The notes beneath the pieces are model-generated. The model had not been told where the DNA came from and ran no database searches. It saw nothing but the letters and a program-made list of their open reading frames with translations. From NCBI GenBank assembly GCA_937995995.1, contig CALKIP010000187.1, positions 1 through 42,696 of the forward strand: 42,696 nucleotides of DNA. The letters are read 5' to 3'. Shown here in pieces: positions 34,623-42,696 of this stretch (within the stretch, counting starts at the first letter, position 1; every line of letters starts with the position of its first letter). The DNA comes from an uncultured bacterium. GTDB taxonomy: Bacteria; Gemmatimonadota; Gemmatimonadetes; Longimicrobiales; RSA9. The position numbers and the translations under genes are program-made.

Positions 34623-35263
34623 TCGTCGTTCCGTTCCGTACGCCGGAAGACCATGCCCGAGCAGTGCCGGGCGTGGCCGAGCACCTTCGCTCCGGCGGCC
34701 TGATCGCTTACCCGACCGAGACCGTCTACGGCCTCGGTTGCATGCTCGATCCCTCCGCGCTCGATCGCCTCGCGGAGATGAAGGGGCGGGAGGGCGTCAA
34801 GCCTTTCCTGCTCCTGGTCTCCGACCGCGCCCCTGCAGAGGGGCTGGAGTGGAACGGGGCGGCACGGCGGTTGGCTGAGGCCTTCTGGCCGGGGCCATTG
34901 ACGCTGGTGCTTCGTGCCGAGCGGCCGTACCCCGAACGCGTACGGGCCGCGAGTGGCACGGTGGCGGTGCGGGCCACGTCGCATCCGGGGGTGCGCACAC
35001 TCCTCGACACGGTGGGTGAGCCGATCACCTCGACCAGTGTGAACCTCCCGGGCGAGCCACCCGCATCCACCCTGGAACAGGTGGTGCAAGTAATCGAGTC
35101 ACTCGGCGCGCCCGTGGAGCCATGGGTACTCGATGGCGGGCCGTTGCCGGCGTCGGCACCGTCGACGATCGTGGACTGCAGCGTGATCCCGCCGCGGATC
35201 CTGCGGACCGGCGCCATCTCACGCGAAACGCTGCGCAGTGTACTGGGCGAGATCAATGACTGA
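34619..35263 (+). CDS. tsaC: L-threonylcarbamoyladenylate synthase (TsaC/YrdC type, single domain)
   Basis: The GTG at 34619 (GTGA overlap with ispD). Motifs GGLIAYPTETVYGLGC, KGREGVKPFLLL, WPGPLTLVL and TSTSVNLPGEPP. Confidence 0.85.
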   Translation: MIVVPFRTPEDHARAVPGVAEHLRSGGLIAYPTETVYGLGCMLDPSALDRLAEMKGREGVKPFLLLVSDRAPAEGLEWNGAARRLAEAFWPGPLTLVLRAERPYPERVRAASGTVAVRATSHPGVRTLLDTVGEPITSTSVNLPGEPPASTLEQVVQVIESLGAPVEPWVLDGGPLPASAPSTIVDCSVIPPRILRTGAISRETLRSVLGEIND

Positions 35264-35762
35264 GCGGAAGCAAGACGCCGAACAGGCTCGGCCAACGACG
35301 TACAACCTTCTCTTCGTGTGCACGGGCAACACGTGCCGTAGCCCCATGGCCGAGGTCATCGCGCGCCACAAGGTGAGCCAGCGCGGCTGGTCGCACGTGG
35401 CGGTGCAGTCGGCGGGGATCGCTGCCGCCCCCGGAGCACCGGCCGCGGCACATGCCGTGGCCATCGCCGCCGAGCACGGCCTCGACCTCTCCGATCACCG
35501 CTCGCAACCGCTGACGCCGGAACTGGTCGACTGGGCGGACCTGATCCTGGCCATGGGTCCGTCCCATCTTGCGGCACTGGGCGACGCGGGCACGCCGGAG
35601 AAGGCAGCCATCGTCACGGAGTTCTCGGAGGGTGAAGACCGCGGGTTGGGGGTTCCCGACCCATTCGGTGGAAGCGCCGAGATGTACCGTCGCACGTTCC
35701 GTGAGCTGGAGCGTGCCGTGGAAGGACTGATGGGCCGGATCGAGCCGATCCTCTCGCCCTGA
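35256..35762 (+). CDS. low-molecular-weight protein phosphatase (Tyr/Arg phosphatase, YwlE-like)
   Basis: LLFVCTGNTCRSPMAE (the C-x5-R-S P-loop) and a DPFGG region. The start overlaps tsaC by 8 nt (ATGACTGA). tsaC-ywlE adjacency also occurs in Bacillus (ywlC-ywlE). Confidence 0.85.
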   Translation: MTERKQDAEQARPTTYNLLFVCTGNTCRSPMAEVIARHKVSQRGWSHVAVQSAGIAAAPGAPAAAHAVAIAAEHGLDLSDHRSQPLTPELVDWADLILAMGPSHLAALGDAGTPEKAAIVTEFSEGEDRGLGVPDPFGGSAEMYRRTFRELERAVEGLMGRIEPILSP

Positions 35763-35770
35763 AGCCGAGC

Positions 35771-36616
35771 ATGCCCGCGCTTACTTCTGCCACGCGCCTC
35801 GTGGCTCTGCTCGGCGATCCTGTCGCTCACTCCCTCTCGCCTCGCTTCCAGAATGCAGCGTTCGAGGCCGCGGGCGTGGATGGCGTGTACGTAGCCCTCC
35901 GCTGCGACGCCGCCGCGTTTCCGGGGCTGTTCGCCGGCATCGCACACTCTGGTGGGGCGGGCAACGTGACCATCCCGCACAAGACGTTGGCGGCAGAGTG
36001 CATCGATGTAGCCACGCCGGCCGTGAGACGTACGGGCGCCTGCAACACCTTCTGGCTCGAGGACGGGCGCATCCACGGCGACAACACGGATGTGGCGGGG
36101 GTGCGCGCTGCGGTGCGTGCACTGGTAAGTGCGCCCGCCGGGGCGCGAGTCCTCCTCCTGGGCGCGGGCGGCGCGGCGAGCGCCGCGCTCTGTGCACTGC
36201 TGGACGAGGGTGTCGACTCGGTCATCGTGAGCAACCGCTCTCCCGAGCGCGCCCGCGCCCTCGCGGCCCGAGTCGGCGGCGATCCACGGATTCACGTGGC
36301 CGAGTCCTCCGGGGTGATCGGCGGTGAGCGGTTCGATCTCGTGGTCAACGCGACGCCGCTCGGGCTGCACGCGGGTGATCCACTCCCCCTCGACCTGGAC
36401 GGGCCGGCCCGTGTCGGCGCCGTGCTGGACCTGGTCTACTCTCCCGGCGAGACGACGTGGGTGCATGACGCGAGGCGTCGAGGCATCCCCGCGGCGGACG
36501 GGCGCGAGATGCTCCTGGCACAGGGTGCCGCTGCATTCGAGCGGTGGTGGAATCGGCGCGCGCCGCTCGAGGTCATGCGCCGAGCGTTGCAGGAGGCGGC
36601 CCGGCGCGCCGATTGA
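35771..36616 (+). CDS. aroE: shikimate dehydrogenase
   Basis: LLGDPVAHSLSPRFQNAAF, GNVTIPHK, GDNTD, LLGAGGAASA and NATPLG. Confidence 0.9.
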   Translation: MPALTSATRLVALLGDPVAHSLSPRFQNAAFEAAGVDGVYVALRCDAAAFPGLFAGIAHSGGAGNVTIPHKTLAAECIDVATPAVRRTGACNTFWLEDGRIHGDNTDVAGVRAAVRALVSAPAGARVLLLGAGGAASAALCALLDEGVDSVIVSNRSPERARALAARVGGDPRIHVAESSGVIGGERFDLVVNATPLGLHAGDPLPLDLDGPARVGAVLDLVYSPGETTWVHDARRRGIPAADGREMLLAQGAAAFERWWNRRAPLEVMRRALQEAARRAD

Positions 36617-36657
36617 ACTGGACCGGGCCGGGCCGCGTCACGACCGCCGAGACCGAA

Positions 36658-38418
36658 TCAGGTATCTTGCCCACCGGCGATCACGGCATCACCCCGAACG
36701 TCCTTCGACTCCACTTCGACCCCCAGGTACGCCCGAGCCCGATTCAACGCAGCATCGATGTGGTCGAAGACATTCTCTTCGCCCACCTCCTCGATGAGCC
36801 CGGAGCGTGCAAGCGCCTCTCTCGGTTGGGGCTGCACGCCCGAAAGCACCACCAGGACGCCATCCTTGCGACAACTACGCATCAACTCGCGTAGCGCGTG
36901 AATGCCCGTGGAATCGATGGCCGGGACACGCCGCATGCGCAGGACGAGGACACGTGGCCGGTCGTCGATTCGGCCGACGGTGTCCTTGAACATTTCGGCC
37001 GCGCCGAAGAAGAACGGCCCGTTGATCTCGTAGACCAGAGCACCCTTGGGCACCTCGAGAGCGAGCAGACCGTGGGGGTCGGGAACGTCGATGTCCGTCT
37101 CGCTGAACTCGCGCGTGAACACATTCACGTTGGCGACCTCGACCATGCGCCGCATGAAGAGGAACGCCGCGAGCACCATCCCCACCTCGATCGCCACTAC
37201 GAGGTCGAAGACGACGGTCAGGGTGAAGGTCGAGAGCAGTACGATGACATCGCTGCGCGGCGCGCGTAGCTCCGCCCGGAAGGTGCGCCAGTCGCTCATG
37301 TGGTAAGCGACGATGACCAGGATCGCGGCCAGCGTCGCCAGCGGAATCATCGCGGCCCAGCGCCCGAAGAAGAGCGTGATGAGCAGGAGCGTGAGGGCAT
37401 GGACGACTCCCGCGACCGGAGTGCGACCGCCGTTCTTGACGTTCGTCGCCGTGCGCGCGATCGCGCCGGTGGCCGGAATCCCGCCGAAGAGCGGCGAGGC
37501 GATGTTGGCCACGCCCTGGGCGACGAGCTCTATGTTGGAGCGGTGCCGCCCACCGATCATCCCGTCCGCCACGACGGCCGAGAGGAGTGACTCGATCGCG
37601 GCGAGCATCGCGATGGCGAAGGCAGGGCCGATCAGTACGCCCACCTGCGCGAGGGAGACATGGGGAAGCGACGGTCGTGGTAGCCCCGCCTGGATCTCAC
37701 CGAAACGGTCACCAATCGTCTCCACCGGAAGATTGAAGAGGTGCACGGCCGCCGTCGTCACGACGAGGGCGACGAACGGTCCGGGGATGCGGCGACTCAC
37801 CCGAGGCCACAGCAGGAGAATCGCCAGTGCTACGGCGGAGACGCCAATGGTCACTGGATCCACTGCGCCGAGGTGGCCGGCGTATGCACGCCACTGCGCG
37901 ACGAACTGCGCCGGGACCGCATCCATCTCCAGACCGAGCAGGTCCTTTACCTGCCCGGAGAAGATGATCACCGCAATGCCGCTCGTGAAGCCGACCACGA
38001 CCGGGTAGGGGATGAACTTGATCGCCCCTCCCAGACGGGCCACGCCCAGGCCGATCAGCATTACACCGGCCATGAGCGTGGCGATCATCAGACCCTCGAG
38101 GCCGTGGGTCTGGACGATGCCGTATACGATGACGATGAACGCGCCGGTCGGGCCACCGATCTGCACGCGCGACCCACCGAGCACCGAGATGAGGAGACCG
38201 GCGATGATCGCCGTGTACAGGCCCCGTTCCGGGCCCACGCCACTCGCGATCGCGAAGGCGATGGCCAGAGGAAGGGCGACGATGCCAACGACGACGCCGG
38301 CCGTCAGATCCGCCGCGAACTGATGGCGATCGTACGTCCTCAGCGTCGTCCACAACTTTGGGATGAGCACGAAAGCCTCCACGCCACCCTGACCGGGCGG
38401 CGGACCAACGGGTGACAC
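36658..38418 (-). CDS. SulP-family anion (sulfate/bicarbonate) permease with a C-terminal STAS domain
   Basis: About 11 TM segments. Motifs [25 protein letters not shown] and [13 protein letters not shown]. The C-terminal STAS-like region is [23 protein letters not shown]. The start is uncertain: GTG at 38418, or GTG at 38370, which has GGAGG 5 nt upstream. Confidence 0.88.
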   Translation of the reverse strand: MSPVGPPPGQGGVEAFVLIPKLWTTLRTYDRHQFAADLTAGVVVGIVALPLAIAFAIASGVGPERGLYTAIIAGLLISVLGGSRVQIGGPTGAFIVIVYGIVQTHGLEGLMIATLMAGVMLIGLGVARLGGAIKFIPYPVVVGFTSGIAVIIFSGQVKDLLGLEMDAVPAQFVAQWRAYAGHLGAVDPVTIGVSAVALAILLLWPRVSRRIPGPFVALVVTTAAVHLFNLPVETIGDRFGEIQAGLPRPSLPHVSLAQVGVLIGPAFAIAMLAAIESLLSAVVADGMIGGRHRSNIELVAQGVANIASPLFGGIPATGAIARTATNVKNGGRTPVAGVVHALTLLLITLFFGRWAAMIPLATLAAILVIVAYHMSDWRTFRAELRAPRSDVIVLLSTFTLTVVFDLVVAIEVGMVLAAFLFMRRMVEVANVNVFTREFSETDIDVPDPHGLLALEVPKGALVYEINGPFFFGAAEMFKDTVGRIDDRPRVLVLRMRRVPAIDSTGIHALRELMRSCRKDGVLVVLSGVQPQPREALARSGLIEEVGEENVFDHIDAALNRARAYLGVEVESKDVRGDAVIAGGQDT

Positions 38419-38428
38419 TCAGCCCAAT

Positions 38429-38457
38429 ATGCTAACCTGCTTGCATTTCGGGGTCAA
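38429..38457 (-). promoter_or_regulatory. candidate promoter for the SulP permease gene
   Basis: The minus strand reads TTGACC (38457-38452), a 17-nt spacer, then TAGCAT (38434-38429). The -10 element ends 10 nt before the GTG at 38418. Confidence 0.35.
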
Positions 38458-38688
38458 TCCGGGCACACGCGTCCGCTTGCCCCAGGAACGAACTCACGAC
38501 TCCGGGCGGGGCTCACGGCGGTCGTGTGGGGTTGGGGACGACCCGTAGTGGGACAAGCTGCGCCGAGTGGCCGAAGCTGCTCGGTGGATACGGAAAGGGC
38601 GAGCCGGTCGTGGAATTCGTCCAGTTCCGCCATGGCTGCGCCCCGAGAGGTTCCCCATGGTGTGGACCTCTTCCCCGAGGGAGATTCC

Positions 38689-40466
<1,778 letters not shown>

Positions 40467-40487
40467 CGTAGATGCACCACCATAGGG

Positions 40488-40593
40488 CGCGAGCGCTCAT
40501 GTCGTTTCGAGCGCTCGCGTACCATCGAACCGGCGTCCGTCCACACGCGGACGCCAGCAGTCGGCCCCCGGTGCCCAGCACCGGGGGCCGACT
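40488..40593 (+). other. three consecutive GC-rich hairpins downstream of gap (terminator cluster, structured RNA or REP-like element)
   Basis: Hairpin 1 (40488-40519) has an 11-bp stem, cgcgagcgctc/gagcgctcgcg. Hairpin 2 (40532-40555) has an 8-bp stem, ggcgtccg/cggacgcc. Hairpin 3 (40559-40593) has a perfect 16-bp stem, agtcggcccccggtgc/gcaccgggggccgact, with a 3-nt loop. None has a strong U-tract. Confidence 0.5.
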
Positions 40594-40661
40594 TCGTCGC
40601 ATGGCATGCATCTGGCACATCGAACTCGTTCGGACCTTCTCCCCGGCGATGGAGGTGTGCA

Positions 40662-40862
40662 ATGCCCCAGTTGGGCCAGGAGCACCACGGGACTTATCGC
40701 TGTCCCGTATGCCGTCACAGAGATTTGGCCGTCATCGAGCGTGGACAGGAGCGCGCGGTGGTGGAGTGCAGCTACTGCGAAACGCTACTCGTGGTGTATC
40801 CACGCGGGGCAGACTCGGTGCACCTTTCCGTCCAGGTGGCGGACGTCCACGTCCGCCGCTAA
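40662..40862 (+). CDS. small zinc-ribbon protein (66 aa), hypothetical
   Basis: CPVC-x18-CSYC cysteine pairs. GGAGGTG lies about 5 nt upstream of the ATG. Third-position GC is high, as in the neighbouring genes. Confidence 0.5.
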   Translation: MPQLGQEHHGTYRCPVCRHRDLAVIERGQERAVVECSYCETLLVVYPRGADSVHLSVQVADVHVRR

Positions 40863-40954
40863 CGACCTGTCATATTCGAGCCGGGCGATGTCGAGCCGGG
40901 CGGCCACGGGACCGCGAATCCGTGGCCGCATTGCGTTGAGGCGGAAGGGGAGGG

Positions 40955-41878
40955 ATGAAGAAGACCGTCGTCGATTCCAACCGGCGCGCCGTGGAGAAGG
41001 CCATGCGAGACTTGCTCCTGGTCGCCGGGGTGGATGCCGACTCTCGGTGGTTGGAGTTGGAGGGGCGGCGCTTCCATTATCTGGAGGTGGGCCGCGGCCC
41101 GGCCGTCATTCTGATCCATGGTGCCGGAGGCGGCGCCGCGAACTGGTACGGAATACTCGGTCGGCTCTCCGAGGGGAGGCGGGTATTGGTACCCGACCTG
41201 CCAGGGTTCGGCCTCTCGGGTCCAGTGGAGGCCCGGCGTCCACTGGGTATGCAGGTGGCGGACATCCTCGATGCCTGGCTGCAGCGCCTCGGCATAGAGA
41301 AGTGCGGCGTTGCGGGAACGTCGTTCGGCGGACTCGTGGCGTTGCGGATGGCTCAGCGCCGGGAATCACGGGTCGAGCGCCTCGCCCTGATCGACTCGGC
41401 AGGGCTGGGGCGTGAGATGCCCATGGCCGTGCGTGCGATCGGGCTTCGGGTTCTCGGGCCCCTGATTCTGCGTCCGAGCCGCAGGGGCACACGCTTCGCC
41501 CTGCGTCGCTTCCTCACTGCGGGCCAGCCACTCGATCCTGCGGTGGAGCCGGCACTCGTGGAGTATCTGCACCGCTCCGCAGTGGCTTCGGATCCCTCGA
41601 TCCTCGCCCGTGCGCACCGCGTATTCGCCGGAATTCGGGGCCAACGAGAATGGTTGAGCGATACCGAGCTCGTCTCGCTGTGCCAACCCACGCTCGTCGT
41701 GTGGGGGCGCAGAGATGCCTTCTTCCCTGCGGCGCACGCGGAGCGTGCGAGCCGGCTCATCCCACAGGTTCGCGTTCGGTGGATCGAGGCGGCCGGCCAC
41801 TCACCCAACTGGGAGGCACCGGGCGAGGTCGCCGAGGCGCTCGACGACTTCTTCCCGCCGTTCCGGGACGAGTCTTGA
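40955..41878 (+). CDS. alpha/beta-fold hydrolase (meta-cleavage-product hydrolase / epoxide-hydrolase-like)
   Basis: ILIHGAGGGAANW, VPDLPGFGLS, the nucleophile elbow GTSFGG and C-terminal GHSPNWE. Confidence 0.8.
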   Translation: MKKTVVDSNRRAVEKAMRDLLLVAGVDADSRWLELEGRRFHYLEVGRGPAVILIHGAGGGAANWYGILGRLSEGRRVLVPDLPGFGLSGPVEARRPLGMQVADILDAWLQRLGIEKCGVAGTSFGGLVALRMAQRRESRVERLALIDSAGLGREMPMAVRAIGLRVLGPLILRPSRRGTRFALRRFLTAGQPLDPAVEPALVEYLHRSAVASDPSILARAHRVFAGIRGQREWLSDTELVSLCQPTLVVWGRRDAFFPAAHAERASRLIPQVRVRWIEAAGHSPNWEAPGEVAEALDDFFPPFRDES

Positions 41879-41981
41879 TCCTGGTCGTGCGGCTCCGCTA
41901 CGTTACGCGCCGCATGCGGCCGGGCCGACCCGGCAAGAGCGATTTCGCGGCATGGGCGCCGCAGTCACGGATGATTGCCAG

Positions 41982-42696
41982 ATGAATACGAAGACGCTGA
42001 AGGATCTGCCGGACTCCACGCTCCGGGGCAAGCGGGTTCTGGTGCGTGTCGACTACAACGTGCCGCTCGACGACGGGCGGGTCACGGATGACACCCGGAT
42101 CCGTGCGACACTCCCCACGTTGTCCTACCTCCTCGAGCGAGAGGCCCGTGTGGTCCTCGTCTCGCACCTTGGGCGTCCGAAGGGCCAGTGGAAGGACGAG
42201 TACTCGCTCGAGCCCGCGGTGCAGCGCCTGACGGAACTCGTGAACGTGCCCGTCCACTTCGTGAAGGACGTGGTCGGCCCCGAAGCACACCGTGCGGCGG
42301 ACACGCTCGGGGCGGGCCAGATCCTGATCCTCGAGAACATTCGCTTTCTGCCGGGCGAGGAGACGAACGACGAGGAGTTGAGCGAGGCGCTCGCAGGCCT
42401 GGCCGATGTCTACGTGAACGACGCCTTCGGCGCGGCGCACCGTGCACATGCCTCGACGTGCGGTGTCGCGGAAGTCATGCGTGAAGAGGGCCGCCCCGCG
42501 GTGGCCGGCCTCCTCATGGAGCGCGAGCTGCGCTTCCTCGGCCAGACGCTCGAATCGCCGGAGCGCCCCTTCGTGGCCATCCTCGGCGGCGCCAAGATCT
42601 CCGGCAAGATCGACGTCATCGAGAACCTGCGCCCGCGCGTCGAACGGCTCCTGATCGGCGGCGCCATGGCGAACACCTGCTTCGGTGCGCACGGCC
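41982..42696 (+). CDS. pgk: phosphoglycerate kinase, 3' end cut by window edge (absent from the ORF track because no stop is reached)
   Basis: My own translation from the ATG at 41982 is [46 protein letters not shown]...[11 protein letters not shown]...[12 protein letters not shown]...[16 protein letters not shown]...[14 protein letters not shown]. The frame stays open to base 42696. Confidence 0.93.
   Translation, partial: MNTKTLKDLPDSTLRGKRVLVRVDYNVPLDDGRVTDDTRIRATLPTLSYLLEREARVVLVSHLGRPKGQWKDEYSLEPAVQRLTELVNVPVHFVKDVVGPEAHRAADTLGAGQILILENIRFLPGEETNDEELSEALAGLADVYVNDAFGAAHRAHASTCGVAEVMREEGRPAVAGLLMERELRFLGQTLESPERPFVAILGGAKISGKIDVIENLRPRVERLLIGGAMANTCFGAHG

Noticed and set aside
41898-42692. 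264-aa minus-strand ORF listed in the track at the window end
   Set aside because: The plus strand in this interval encodes a textbook phosphoglycerate kinase N-terminal half. It is missing from the track only because no stop codon is reached. The minus ORF is its antisense shadow.

Overview
This is a high-GC (roughly two-thirds G+C by eye) chromosomal segment from a diderm bacterium. Outer-membrane barrel proteins, lipoproteins and a TonB-plug protein support the diderm call. A Gemmatimonadota-like origin is only a guess. All calls come from reading the six-frame translations against remembered family motifs; no searches were run.

The window is densely coding, with about 43 CDS, mostly housekeeping:
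- ctaE-ctaF (window starts inside ctaE)
- secD-secF and tatD
- a 7-gene chain, mutL-miaA-bshA-uppP-birA-coaX-UbiA-like
- rpsU
- citrate synthase-icd
- pepA plus a TonB-plug outer-membrane protein
- yicC-gmk-rpoZ-coaBC-udg
- dnaB, then radA-ispD-tsaC-LMW phosphatase-aroE
- a SulP permease, comF and gap
- a 5' partial pgk that the ORF track omits because it runs off the window end

Neighbouring genes very often overlap by 4 nt (ATGA or GTGA) or 8 nt. I saw no rRNA, tRNA, CRISPR array, IS element or integrase.

The most unusual locus is a minus-strand four-gene operon (15323-18731). It encodes an ECF sigma factor, a single-pass anti-sigma factor whose extracytoplasmic domain looks like an AMPK-beta/CBM48-type glycogen-binding module, a putative outer-membrane barrel with a second copy of that module, and a secreted helical-repeat protein with a Gly/Lys/Pro tail. 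It ends at a canonical terminator. The barrel gene seems to need a CTG start embedded in a CTGA overlap to obtain a signal peptide.

Other accessory-looking spots:
- an S8 lipoprotein protease next to a possible inhibitor-like lipoprotein
- an orphan FeoA-like gene
- an mhqE/mhqD-like dioxygenase-esterase pair with an AT-rich palindrome upstream
- a gap/pgk pair split by a triple-hairpin spacer, a zinc-ribbon microprotein and an alpha/beta hydrolase
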